From assembly GCA_016748015.1 (NCBI GenBank), contig JAAOMT010000082.1, positions 326,349 through 390,348 on the forward strand: a DNA stretch of 64,000 nucleotides. Reading direction: 5' to 3'. The position numbers were made by a program, and so were the translations under genes. The DNA comes from Geosiphon pyriformis uo1 (Eukaryota; Fungi; Glomeromycota). Below the pieces are notes generated by a model. The model was given only the letters and a program-made list of their open reading frames with translations. It was not told where the DNA came from and ran no database searches. Shown in pieces: positions 14,519 to 28,687 of this stretch (position 1 is its first letter; each line of letters opens with the position of its first letter).

Positions 14519-14550
<32 letters not shown>
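14519..14550. repeat. (ATT)n microsatellite
   Basis: Direct read. Confidence 0.9.
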
Positions 14551-14553
<3 letters not shown>

Positions 14554-15547
14554 GCTGAATTGGTTTTGTTTAATTTTAGAAAATATCTGGCTTAAATTTT
14601 TTTCAATCGTTGTATTAATAATTTCCAATTTTTCCGGTCAATCAAGAATTTCAATTGGCAAGATTATTTTCTAAATTGAAGTTTTTTTTGGAAAGCTAAT
14701 ATTACAGATCGTTGTATGCCCACATATTTTTTCCTCGTCATTTTAGTATTTTTGATTACTCAAAAAAAAAAGCGTCTACACACTAGGTCACATAACCTTT
14801 CCTTTTTATAACTTCTTGACACGTTTTTGGCATCGAGTCTCAAAAGATTGCATTTGTAAATTGGTGCGTTATCTCACTTGAAATATTGCTTTTTCAAGGG
14901 TCATAATCATTGGATAAACTATATCTAATAAAAAGGGGTCCATATGCTTCATCAGTCATACGTGAAGGGTAAATCCCCATGACCAGCTGTAAAGCTCCCT
15001 TTTATGCCGAAGTTTTGCATATGAATCAGTGTTTACAGAGGGATTTATCAAATTTTAAATAAAATTGCATACAATTAATAAATTTTCTTTTTTGCCGAGT
15101 ATATATATTTCATAAATGTTATAAGGCGTTGTTTAAATGATAAAATGTTCTATTTCTTTGTCAAATAGTCAAAACATATAAAATTAAGTGGTTAATCTAA
15201 AACTAAATTTTCATTGAAAATAGTAAACCGAATAAATTACTTTGAATATTCTTATACATCATATTGTTATGATTAATTGACGAAACTGAATAAATTATCA
15301 ATAAGTATCAGAAACTCTAGGAAACACGAATAAATTACTCGAATAAACTGTCAAAACCTATTGAATTATAAAACAGGTTTCTTTTTGAATACAGTTAATA
15401 ATTTATGATTAAAATACCTTTCATAGGCTTATATATTTCTCACAAGAAATAAAAAGAAATAAAATATAACCAATTATTTTCAGCAAGCTAATGTGCAATG
15501 AGTTTATATCAACAGGAGAAGTGAGTTCAACAATTAATATTTTACTA

Positions 15548-15646
<99 letters not shown>
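15548..15646. repeat. (AAT)~33 perfect microsatellite
   Basis: Direct read; source of the poly-Asn ORF 15491..15697. Confidence 0.95.
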
Positions 15647-17408
15647 TGCTATCCGCAGTTAGATAGCCTGACTCACTTTCATATATCTGATTGCTGATTA
15701 AAGAAATTCTTTGGTTTCATTCCTCTAGTTCCGAGAGTTTTTCTTATTCCGTAAATATATAAATTTTATATATTCATAATCTTTCTATCATTATTATGGA
15801 TCCAAAAAATTCATTAATTTACATGACAACACTTGGTATTAAAATCAAAGAAGGTTAAATAGCGTTCACAATCGAAAATGTGAAACGTGATGCAGCTGGA
15901 AGTTTTCTTCCAATTGATCTAAAAAATTCGTTTAAGAGGATTTCCTTCAGACTTTCAATCCATAAAATACTCCTTTCATTCCGAGATATCAAGAAATCAA
16001 ATACTTTTAACCTATAATTAAAATATCAATGACCTTGAAAATAAATATTTTAAAATTTAATTTTTATTACACAAAAGAAATTCTTAAAACTTTAATTCTT
16101 TTATCGTAAAATCAAAGATAAAAAATAAAATAAATAGTTTTCAAATATTTTCCCAATTTTTAAAATAAATAAATAGTACAACAATTAAAATAAAAAATTG
16201 AATTTCAATGAATCAATAAATATATAAATAAAAAGCACGTAGATCAAAATTATGAAATATTTCAGCCATATCAATTATTCTCAATCTTTTATTACTCGCA
16301 GTTTAATAAAATTAAAGTTAGAGCTATCCAATAAGCCATTTTTAACAACTAATTAAAGTTTTCCCTTTTTAATACCATATTAAGGAAAAACGGGATATTC
16401 CGAATTAGAATCATAAAATATTGTGCCAGTCTCAGTCGAGATTTTCATTTAAAAATGTTAAACTCTATTTTTTTTTTTTGAATTTGAAATTTATTGAATA
16501 CTGGGAACTTGTGAAATTAATAAAGAAGTAAAAATTTTGAAAATATGTGGACTTAAAATTCTTTTCATATATATAAATAAATAATTTATTATCAATTAAG
16601 TCTAGATTCTTTTCATATATATAAATTATAATTGACTTCTGGACGATTTTCAAAAATAAATAAATTTTTCTATTCAGTATAAATCTTTTGATAAATCTTT
16701 TGATGCATTTTCTCGGGAGTGTATGAAAAAGTTTTTGAAATTTCCTTTGATAGTACAATTTCGTAATTTTTGCCAAGGTTCATTGTTGAAATAGGGTAAC
16801 CATAAAAAGTTGCACTGAAATATAAAGTTTTGCTTTTTTTTCAGCTTTCCCTGAGTACACAGGTCATTTTGTCATCATGAAGAAATTTTTAAGGATTAAA
16901 ATAAATTGTAAATATCTATGTTGGTAATTCCTGCACATGATGCGGGTTATCTTTTATATTCCAATTTTCCCAATTCTTTCTAAAATGCAGGAGTCGGCAT
17001 CCCGCATCCCGCATTCTGCATCCTTCATCTGCATTTGCATTTTTTATTTTTTATAAATTCCTATATTGGTATTTGAATAAGATCCCGTGTGGCAAAGTTT
17101 TCCAATAATAGGTATAAACTAGCATTTTTAAAATAAGAAAATCTCAACTCAAATAACTGGGTTTTCTATTCAGTTTTAGATACTTTTAATGTACCACTTT
17201 TTAAAACCTATTTTTTTTTTACCATTTTTCCACTTTTCTGTATATCGATCTCCTTGAGACTTACCGTCAAATATTGACGATCATTTATATTATGACGCCC
17301 TTTCAAAATAAGTGGGAAAGAATTAAAAAAAGAAAAATATATATATTTATATATATATACCCGAAATATTCAGATAAAAATTTTAAGGAAAAATAGGATA
17401 AAAGCACT

Positions 17409-20400
17409 ATGGACTATCTACATACACGAAATCAATTTGAGTTGAGCTCGACAAGAGCTCCCTCGAGTCAGTCACCTCAAAATTACGTTAAGCCACAATC
17501 ATCCACCCATTCAATCAAATTATTTTTCGTGCAGTTATCCGCTATGCTTAAAAGAAATCTTATTTTCCAGGTTAGTGATTCTAAAAGTTATTGTTATACT
17601 TTTAAACATTTCTATAAAATTTTATATCATAGATTCGATACAAAAGGTCGACAATTTTACAAGTTCTTATCGGTCCTCTTTTGATATTATCCGTTTTATT
17701 CATTCTACAAAAAGCTGATATGACTCAAGATGTACCTAACCTACATCCAAAATCCTATCCGTTACTAGGGTTATTACCTTGCCAGGTTTGAAAAAATTAT
17801 ATTTAAACAATTTATAATGTTAAAAGTATTTTCAATACATCTTTTTAATTTTTTCTCACTTTATAAGGGTTATAAAGATGATAATCGTTGTATTAATATT
17901 TTATATACACCCGAGACTGAGGAGAATAAAAAAATTATGCAAATTTTTTCCGCTAATAATGAAAAACGAACGAATAAATCTATTCCTTTGGAAGATATTG
18001 AAATTGGTAATTCAAGATACCTTAAATAATTTCAAAATATTTTTAAGAGTTGTCCCTAAAACTAATTTCATCTTTTTGCCACCCCCCAAGATATAAACTT
18101 TAAACCTGATAAAAATTTAGGCATCATCGCCGTACCGGATGCTTCCTTTATTTATGACTACACACTCTATAATCCAAATATTACCTTGTTTGGAATCGAG
18201 TTCACTACCGATCCCGGGCCACCAATCAATTATCGTTATCAAGTTTGGTTGAATAGTAGCTTAAGCAATAATGCTTCGAATGTATTTAGTGAACAATTAT
18301 TATCTTTGCAACGGGGTATTGATGAAGCCATTGGTAAGACCGAATCAATAAATTTTGCTCATTAATCTCAATTTGTTCATTCATTTATTCATTCATTCAT
18401 TCATTCATTCTTTAATTTAGTTACCGTGGCCACTAATTCGATACCCGGAAATTTTGATTCCCCTGCAATAAATGTGAGAATGAAGCAATGGCCTACGGTT
18501 CCACTAGGAAAGAAAAGTGATATGATGGTCACTCGGCATGGATCTTTGTTTTTCTTTAGTGTTCAAATGATCATTTTCATCGCTGTTTTGAACACAATCG
18601 TCATGGAAAAGGAAAAAAAATTAATCGCTAGTCTGGTGATTATGGGTCTCAAGAAAGAAGTCTATTGGCTTGCTTATTTCATTTCAACAGCTTGGCTTAT
18701 TATTATTTGTTCCTTAAACACTTGCGCATTCGGTTTAGCCTTTGATTTCTACGTATTTAAAGATACCAATTTCTTGATTTTGCTAATAACATTTATCTTA
18801 TTCGGTCTCGCTATGGTTGCACTTGCTTTCTTTATTACCACTTTCTGTCGCTCGGCTGATGCTGCTGTCCTCGTTGGTATATTATGTTTAATAATTGGGC
18901 TTCTGTTCCAGACCTTTGTATTTTCATTATCGTATATCGGCTACATTTGGTGGGATATATATACAGGCAAAGTTGGTTGGATTCTTTTGATGTTCTTCCC
19001 ATTCTTCAACTTTGGTAAAATTTATCTGGATATGTCACAATTAACCGCCCGGAATTTCGACTTTCTAACCAACAAAATTGTTTATGGACCCGGATTTCAT
19101 TGGAATGATCTTTACCGCCCTCTTCCTTCCCATTATCTACCATATTATACTTATGCTGGTCGTAGACCTCACGTGCCAAACCCTATTCAAAGTTGGTACT
19201 TTTTACTGATGAATATTGGCTTCTATTTGCTTCTCACTTGGTACTTTGACAAAATTATTCCGGATGAATTTGGCACATGTTATTCGACTTGGTTCTTTTT
19301 ATCACCGAAATTTTGGGGATTAAAATTCTCAAAAGAGTATACATTGGAATCTTGGTTAACTAGATATCAAAAAGCTAGCGTTGAGACTCATCTCGATGAA
19401 GATGTTGATATTGGAAAGGAACGATCGTTAACTTTTGATCCGAATCATGATGTTGTTCTTCGAATTGGGAATTTGAGAAAAATTTTCAGAAAATCTTTAT
19501 TATCTCATAGCAAACTAGATAAAGTGGCGGTGAATGATTTATGTTTAACCTTGAAAGAAAGTAAATGTTTAGCATTACTTGGGCAAAATGGTGCCGGAAA
19601 AACTACAACAATAAACATTTTATCAGGTCTACTACCGGCAACATCTGGTGATGCGTTCTTATATGGTTTAAGTGTAAAAGAAGATATGAACGAGATTCGA
19701 AATATGATGGGTGTTTGTCCACAACACGATCTTCTCTTCGACGTTCTTACGGCTCGTGAGCATATTGAATTATACGCCAGGATAAAGATGGTTCCGGCTA
19801 AATATATCAAAAAATTAACCGAAGAACGATTAGCAGCAGTACGTCTTATTTCAGTCGCAGATAAACCCATTAGCACATATTCAGGTGGTATGAAGCGTCG
19901 ACTGAGTATAATAATATCTACAATTGGTGATCCACAAATCATATTCATGGACGAACCTACTACCGGTATGGATCCAGTGAATCGACGTCACGTCTGGAGA
20001 TTTGTGGAGAAGTTCAAACGTGGGCGAGTGATCATACTGACTACTCATTCAATGGAGGAAGCGGATGTATTAGGTGATCGTATCGGTGTGATGGCACATG
20101 GACAATTACGCGCCTTGGGTACTTCTATTCATTTAAAGAATCGATTTAACATTGGATATCGCGTTTCTATTTTTACACATAATTCCCCACTTGTTAAAAA
20201 TTTAATTAAAAATCGGATACCGAGTGCACTGTTAAAAGATGACTCATGGGGTGCCCTAATTTATGAACTTCCGATAGCAGTGTTATCCTCCCTAATAGAA
20301 TGGTTAGAGAATAACGAGGAGATAGATTCTAGTCAGCCGGATAAAAGTTTAATTATTAACTGGGGTGTAAGTCAGAAAGGTCTAGAAGAAGCATTTTTGA

Positions 20401-20542
20401 AGATGTAAGTATCAAAAATTTATATTATTATATTTTGATAAGCTAAAATTGAATTGATAAATAATTAGCTAAACAAAATTTTTTATTTTCTAGTATTCGA
20501 GAAGCTAATCCGAACGGATACCAAGTTTCATATCTCAAATAA
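17409..20542 (+). CDS. Half-size ABC transporter, subfamily A (one TMD + one NBD), ~909 aa
   Basis: GT-AG exons 17409-17570, 17633-17785, 17868-18006, 18091-18333, 18421-20404, 20494-20542 sum to 2730 nt. Motifs: QLSAMLKRN, EKEKKL..SLVIMGL, Walker A GQNGAGKTT, Q-loop GVCPQHD, signature YSGGMKRRLS, Walker B IIFMDEPTTG, LTTHSMEEAD, C-terminal LEEAFL. Confidence 0.93.
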
Positions 20543-23500
20543 TGACAAAACAACACATTGAACAAATTTAAACTAAACGAAAAGAATGAATCATTGTCAA
20601 AAGAGAGTGAATAATTAATTTATGAGAATAAATTGTAGAAATCTTTAAAAGAACATTTATCTGTCTTTTGGAACGAATTTTCTGTATTAGTAGAAAAAAT
20701 GGTTGATTAAAATTTTTAATAATTGCAAAAAAAAACAATTGATGTTTTATAAAAATTACTTTGTATTTCAACTTGGATTAAGGCTTTATTAATTTATTTC
20801 GTTTCATTTCAAGAAATAATATTTGATAAAATCATTAATAAGAAATATTTTTGAAAGAAAATCCTATTAAATATTAAAAAGTTAACTGATAAAACTCTAA
20901 TTCTTTTTTAACCAGACACTTTTCCCCGAGAAAAACAAAATAAACATTGTATTGCTAAATTCTTTTAAGATTAAAGAAAAAAAAATTAATTCTCATATTA
21001 CTCATAAAAATGATTTGTGAATAATCTTTTTAGTAAATTATTTCTATCGTATTTTCCTTTATCATTTTCGGGTAATAGGGAATTTTTAGAATAGTAATAG
21101 TGTGAAGAGAAATATAGTTTTTGGTAAAAAAAAAAAGTCAAATTTTAATAATAATCACTGGAACAAGTAACAAGTAAAAAAAAATCAATTTTTTTTGATT
21201 TTTTTTAATCTTTTTTTGGATGTAAAAAAATTTTTAATGAAAATTGAAAATATACTTGGATAAATAATAAAAATTAAGTATGTAATTACTGTTAATTGTT
21301 TTTGAGAAAAATTTTTTTTTATCAATTATCAAATTTTTTATTTGACAATTACTTGCTTTTATCTTCTTCTTTTTTTTTGCAAATAAAATTATGCTGATAT
21401 CTGAAGGTTGAGATTATTTGAACAAAAAAAATTATTCCTTTGGTTTAGGTTGCCAAGGCTGTGAAGAAGATAAAAATTTTTTTTGCGTTAAGGGAATAAA
21501 TGAATTGTCAGAGAAAGGATGAGCCCTGAAAAATTGGCTTAAATGGGATCTAAAAAAAAAGTTTTTTTTTGTTTTGTCTCGATAAGTTTACCTTGGATAA
21601 ACTAACAATTAATTAATCTATGCTACTAATTTATCTTCCTTTTTCTAATTAAAAAATAATGGGATCAAATTAAGCATATCTGAAAAAATTTCAAAAATGC
21701 ATTTAGTCCCCAATTTATTAATCAAGTAGAAGATGTAAAAGCGATAGAAATTGTCACTTTTGATTTCTACTAGGGTAAAAATCAAGATTGCACATAAGTG
21801 AAATAATTAATTTTTAATTGTAAATACCCTATGCTTATATTTCTCTTGCGGTAATGTGTAAAAAGCTGAATACCACCACACATATTTAAATAATACTCTA
21901 TAACATGAAAATTTGAAATGTTTAAAATTTTAAAGAAATTTTGCCAAGTGTTACAACAAAATTTAATTTATCATCATTATTATTATTATTATAATGGTTT
22001 TAATGGTGAAGTTTTAAAATCTATTTTTGAAACAAAACAAAACAATAATAAAATAAACTCCACTTATTTACTCTCAGCCACTACAATAATTCATCATATG
22101 TTTTTAAGAAAAAAACTTTTTAATTAATTCTAGTCAAAATAAAAATTTTTCACCTGATTGTGTTATTATTATAGGTTTTATGAATAAATTGATCCTTGTT
22201 AGTCAAACTCTGAATTATAAAAAACTAAAATTAGAAACATGTAAGGATAAATGATTTACAAAAGGTGCAATACCGAAATATATTAAAGAATTTAGAACAA
22301 GTTTTATGAAGCTATAAAAAACATTAAATCTTGTTGTTTCAAAATTGCTAGCGTCTTTTTAATAAATTAATTATATTGAGAATCAATTGTATTCAATCAA
22401 ATAATTTCTGTTTAAACCACTTTTGCTAAACATTAACTCCAAGTCCATTGGCAAACTTTCTTTAGGAACTTTAAAAGATTGTCTAATTAAACTTCAATTT
22501 ATATATTTTTACATTATTCAATCTATAAATAACCCAGAATTTCATCTATCTTATTATTTCTCTTTGAAACTAGTATAAAATTCCATCTAAAATTGTTGTA
22601 CTTGTAAATTTTAAATTTACTCGGGTATTGAACAATAAGAGTTCAGAAATTTTTTATTACCAACTTTGTTGTTGACAAAAATTTAAAAACATTAACCAAA
22701 CTTGAAATTTTAAAATACCTTACTAACATTTTTATTCTTATTTTAAGCTTATGCATAATTACTTAAGCTCAACTTAAAATTTGACTTAATATTTGAAAGT
22801 TTTCAGCCATTATTAATCATATTTAGTTAGCTTTGCGTCGGTAATAACGAAATTGTAAATTTTGTAAGTTGCATATTGTGTTATCAATCAACAGATAAAA
22901 TTTTTCACGAGTCAAAAGTGATTCAGTACATGATAGTTTGGAAATATATTGGAGTAGTGCCGAAGAACTAATTTTTAGTAAAATAAGTAAGTTATCAATT
23001 ATAATTTTCTCAACTAATCTTTTTTATTTTAATTATTTGTTACCATACAAAAATGAAAAAACTTTTTTATGATAATTTGATTTTGATTATAATATTATGG
23101 CTGTGCAGTCAGAAAAAAGGTTGACAAACTTGATTTTAAAAGATAATTTTTTTTAGTTCATAAAAAAAAAAACATACTACTGTTTTTTTTACCAAAATCA
23201 ACTAGTGAACAAGAACAGAGTTAAGAAATCCAAAGTCTTTGAAATAAACAACAGCATATTACCACAAGTCAACATATTTGAATTTGACAACAACAACTTT
23301 ATCAAACATTTCAAGAGCATTTTTAATGTTGAGTCTGTATATATTAATTTCTAGGATCAGATTGAAATTAAAAAGAATTTATTTTAAAAACTAGAAAAGT
23401 CATATTTTTTATCAAGGTGATTCTTATTTGGTATAAAAATTTTGATCAAAAGTTCATTAAATATATTAGGTTTAATTTTCAAACGAATATTAAATTATAA

Positions 23501-23689
23501 AACAACTTTAAATTTTAAAAATTTTTAAAGATTTTATCTATTAATAAAATTAAAAATTTATTCGTTAAATTACAACTTTTTATTATATAGTTCTTTAAAT
23601 ATTGTATATTATAAAAAATTATATAAAAAAGCAATGTTAAGAACTTTTCATTATAACCTTATAAAAAAATGACATGTATATGAGTAATT

Positions 23690-24465
23690 AAGTTTGTATT
23701 TGCAATTATTAAAGAAGAAAAATGTGCATGTGACATGTAAATGATAATTTTAGATCACATCCATAATTATCTTGAAAAATCGCCACAAAATTCTTCCGAA
23801 AAAATCTTTTTTTTTTGTTTATTATTTATTATTTATTTTTTTAACTTTTTAACAAGTATAATACCCAGCCAACCTCACCTTAAAAAAGTTACATCGGAAC
23901 AAAGGACTTTTGCAGTAAATAGGTCATCTAAACAAAATGTATATATGAGTATTGTCACATGATCAAGTTTGTATTTGCGATTATTGAAGAAGAAAATTGT
24001 GCACGCGACAAATAAAAGATAATTTTAGATCACCTCTATAATTATCTTAAAAAATCGCCACAAAATCCTTCCGAAAAAATTTTTATTTCTTTTTTTTTGT
24101 AACGTTTTAATTTTTAACAAGTACAATACCCAGCAAACATCACCTTAAGGAAGTTACATCGAAACAAAGCGAGGGAGGAAGGACGATGAACTTTTGCCGT
24201 AAATAAGTCATCTATAAACAAAATGTAGTTATGAGTATTGTCACATGAACAAGTTTGTATTTGCGATTATTGAAGAAAATGTGCACGCGACAAGTAAAAG
24301 ATAATTTTAAATCACCGCTATAATTATCTTAAAAAGTCATCACATAATTCTTTTGGAAAAATTTTTAATTTTTAATTTTTATCATTTATTTTTTAAACTT
24401 TTTAAACTTTTTAACAAGTACAATACCCAGTGAGCCTCACCTTGAAAAGTTGCATAGGAACAAAG
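23690..24465. repeat. Three tandem copies of a ~275-285 bp unit
   Basis: aagtttgtatttgc(a/g)attatt recurs at ~23690, ~23964 and ~24251; aacaagta(t/c)aatacccag and cacctt(a/g)a recur with the same spacing. Confidence 0.85.
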
Positions 24466-24536
24466 AGAGAGAGGAGGACGAAAAAAGGAAATAAGGAAGA
24501 AAAGGGGAACGAAAAAATGGAAGAAAGAGAGGCACA

Positions 24537-24572
<36 letters not shown>

Positions 24573-24645
24573 GATGAAGGAAGGAACGAAGGAAAGGAAC
24601 GAAGGAAGGGAAGTGATAAATGGAAGCAAGGGAAATTTAAGATGA
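24465..24645. repeat. Purine-rich low-complexity (GAAA/GAAG)n tract
   Basis: Direct read; explains ORFs 24430..24645 and 24411..24680. Confidence 0.85.
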
Positions 24646-27639
24646 AAAAAAAGGCTGTTTTTTATATATAAATTTTTCAAATTATTAGGTTATTCGTTAT
24701 AAACATAGCCCCCTTCTAAATGATGTAATTAGTATATAAGGTCGTGTTGTTTTGATCAGGATCTTTAATTATAATTATTAATCACTAATTTATTAAGATG
24801 TCTATCAAGATCTGTCTCAGCTATCAGTGCTAAGTTACAACATTGGCATAAAGTACAAACTCCGAACCCTTAAAATTTTTCATCGCCCTGCCATATCCCT
24901 GCTATCATCTCCCTGCTATCCTTGTTAAATAATCATTATTGTTAATATTTTTATTGTTTGTAAATAATATTCACTATCAGCTTTTACTATTAAGAAAAAG
25001 CCTATAGTACCCGGTCTTAATTATGAGGGTCCTATAGTAGGGGATATCATAGGTTGTGCTTTATGGTAATCTTGATATTCACTGTTTTCACAAAGATTAT
25101 CGTGATAAAATTTCGTTATGAATTTTTCACACAAGCCATAAAGGTAGTGGCTTGGTGTTACGGTTCTTTTTTTTCCTCGAAACGAGATAGAAACAAAAAA
25201 TTATTTTTATATCAAGTGAAATATAGAGTAAAGTAATGATTTCTTATTTTAAAATATATTGTCTGAGTAAAAATAAAATATCAGAAATCCTTCAAGATTT
25301 AAGATAAATTAAACAAGTTAATTTTTTACTTTGATATACTTTTGAATGGTCAAAAGTATACTATTTCCTTTTGATTTGTTTGAAATCGTAATTTCCAAAG
25401 AATTTGGATTTTTTCTCCGCAAATTTCGTGTTACTATCATAATCTATAGTTTTTGAGGTCATCAAGTCGCTCTTAATCTTGAAGTGCCAAAATAAATTTA
25501 TTTGTGAATTTAGACGATTGGTTTGCAAATCAAATTTGATAATAAGCTTCGAAATTACTTTTCGATACATATATCTACTTAATTAGTTTCATTTACTACC
25601 TTGTATATCTATTTTTGGCTCTTATAATATCCTTTAATCTTTCAGACATAATATTAATTTCAATATCAGTTTATATAATTTATGAAACTTTATCATAGCT
25701 CATATAAAAAGTATAGAAATATAAAACACTAATAATGGGTAGATATTATATTTTATATCATTTTCTAGTTGGCTAATTTGAAATCGGTAGAAGTCTGCAT
25801 TAAATCATTCGCTAGTGAGAAATAGGTTCGCTTTTCCTGTAAATAATTAGTTTATATTATTATTTTAATAAGTTTTTATAAAACTAATTATTTTTCCAAT
25901 TCCATTTTCCCCTTGAATATACTTCACAGATTTTTGTTACATACTATATATAAATTAGTCTTGTAAACACCAAAAATTTATAACCGTTATAAATGAGAAC
26001 AAGTAATTGATATAAACTAAATTAGGCATTAGTTTTAGAATGTATAAACTTTTAATTATTATTATCATCAAGGTTTATTCATTGTAAAATTGGATATATA
26101 ATTAGGTTGTAGCCTTTTTGTTTTTCTTATCATCAAGGTAAAAGGATGCAAAATATTCTATAAAAAATAGGTCTAACTCTAAATTCTTTATAATTACCGT
26201 TGACACTTTCCTGCCTGGGTACTCAAAAAATAAATTGTAACAAAAATTTAGGTCGTTTAGAATTTACTAGTTATTCTCATGTATATATGTACAATATTAA
26301 TTGATTTCATTCCAGTTTAACAAACCTAAAGTGCTTTTAAAATTTCCGTATGATAAGGTATTCCCCTTTTAAGTTATATAACCGAAGTTTCTACAACTTT
26401 GGGTTTATTAAGAGCAAAAGACCGAAAAGTACATCTCTAGCCTTAAATTTTTTAAAACTGAAATTGGTTTATTTTTTGAAAACATGCTAAAATGAGGTTA
26501 TCAATCAAAAGGAATAAGTTAGAAGGGTGTTTACTATAGTGGTGGGAACATACCGCCGTCATACTCTCAAGCCATGAATAATATATCAATATTTGAACTT
26601 ATATTATTGATTTTACAGTGGAACTGATTTTTTAATTTTGAAGAACGTTTTATTTTGGAGTATAAAATCGAATTTTCTTTCAATAAAAGTTTATGAAAAA
26701 GAAAAGAAAAAAAAGGTGTGGCAATTATGATCATAAAAATCTTTTAAGAAAAGAAATCAAGTTCATAAACTAAAATATAGTTTATCAATAATATATTTTT
26801 TAGTTTAAATTGTTAAATGTTGGATTTATTAGTTTTTAGATTAATATTTTTATAATTAATTTAAAGTGCTAACACAATAAAATAACTAGTATTTAAAATT
26901 ATTCAAAAAAATTATTGTTCAAATAATCAATTAATACAATTATAGTCATTTAAAAGTATTATTCATTACGAAAAAGTTTTTTAATAATTTTTAAATAAAT
27001 ATATTTTTTAAAGCTGTTAAAAAACAAAAATTGAATTAGTTTTAGTTCTAGCAAAAAATAATAGTGAAAAACTTTTTTATATATATTAATATCAATGTTA
27101 CAATATACATAAAAACTAATATATATACTAAAATTTTTTTAAAAACAGTCCAATAAAATTGAGAAATGAATATATAACAATTATAACAAAGACAACATAA
27201 ATTTTATTATTTTTAAATCAGATATTAATTAAATCAATAAAATAAATTTACACACATTATAACATTTTGAACTTTACTAATAATATAAGTTTTTTTAATC
27301 AAAAATTTTATAATCATTGTTATATTTATATAACATAAAAATAATATTAATCTTTTTGGCAATTAAAATATCATAAAGTTTTGAATAATAAAATCAATTT
27401 TATTTTCGACATGTTCTTTACCTAGTAAAATTAATAGAAAGATAATTATTTTGTCGATGTTATGTTTGTTTCAACAATAACTTTCATATAACTTTTTTTT
27501 TGTTAACATGTATTGTTAAATGTTAATAATTAATAAAAATATAGAATAAAATATTTTTGTTTTTGAATTGTTTATTAATATGGTATTTGACAAAGTGGCA
27601 CAATATTCTTAAATATTTAATTAATTTTCAAATTTTTAA

Positions 27640-27990
27640 AGATCATAGATGGATTTCTCTCAACAAAAAAAATTTTTAGATCAAGTGAGAACGGGAGAAT
27701 TTGTTATTATTAAGGGTATATAAGAGAGAGGCAGGATTCTATTTCGGGAAACAAATTCTTTTGAAATGTCTTAAAGACAGCCAAAAGATCGAAGATATCA
27801 ATTGAGCTGATGTATTTTCTTTCAAGAAACTATGTTGTTTTTATTATCGCTATTTCCTTGTAACATTGAAGATCGTATCGGAATAGTTGCGCATTTTTGT
27901 TATGCCTATTGCAAATATATCATTGAATGCTATGGAACCACAAAAGAGTTACAACCAATGGAGTTTGATTTTAGATGAGATTTCGGGGTT
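27640..27990 (+). pseudogene. Tyrosine-kinase-like (TKL) protein kinase N-lobe remnant
   Basis: Broken frames give WIS..FLDQ, LLKCLKDSQK and YIIECYGTTKE, matching the VALKxLxxSqn and IIxCYGITxDP motifs of fungal TKL kinases; stops and frameshifts present. Confidence 0.6.
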
Positions 27991-28687
27991 AAACAGATGT
28001 TTTGGCATCTTATTGCTTGATTTTTTTAATTTCCAGGAGAACTCAACCTAGAACATTTATCAATAATATATTTTTCACCACAATTATTCTTTTTAAATAA
28101 CTACTATCTTTTTTAATGTTAATGGTTTAATACAAGTAGCAAACCGTTTAATAATGTGCAACTTTTTGCAGCAGATATATTCTGAAATTTTTTATTTATT
28201 CTTTATCTTAGAATTCAAAACAAGAAGGACAATCTTGCAATCTTGTATGGTAATTCTAAGTGAATTAATTGAATAGTGGGTTACCTCTATATCAGGGTAC
28301 CATCATAATACTAGAGAATCAATATTTCTCATTTTGGGATAGGAGTTTTATGAAATAATATAAACAATAAATGATAAATATGTTTTTAGCAGCTATTATT
28401 AAATACAAAAGTGATAGCTAACTTCTAAAGCTCATTATTAAAATTATTTTTTTTTGATATATAGGCCTTTTGAAACCAAAAGTTTCACTCGGTTATAGTT
28501 CATTTTGGGTAGTAAAGTAATCTGGACTTTATCAAAAACTGAAAATTCGGCTGTTTAGATATTTCTTGGTTTTCGAATAAAGGCTTTAAATCTTCGAAGG
28601 CGATTTGATTGCAGATCTCGACTTAATTGATCAATTGATAATATGCATAAATATTGATACGTGGGAAAGGGATCTCACTGATTTCTC

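Noticed and set aside
15491-15697. Poly-Asn ORF
   Set aside because: Just the (AAT)n microsatellite; no coding context.
14700-16000. Coding-like patches around the microsatellite; similar ones at 22300-22700 and 25360-25570
   Set aside because: Short, interrupted, no identifiable family.
19505-19948. Antisense ORF within the ABC NBD (and 35726..36013 within the P450)
   Set aside because: Shadow ORFs opposite well-supported genes.
23690-24465. CRISPR-like or rDNA/tRNA array
   Set aside because: The units are ~280-bp whole-unit repeats without unique spacers; the context is eukaryotic; no tRNA/rRNA signature was seen anywhere in the window.
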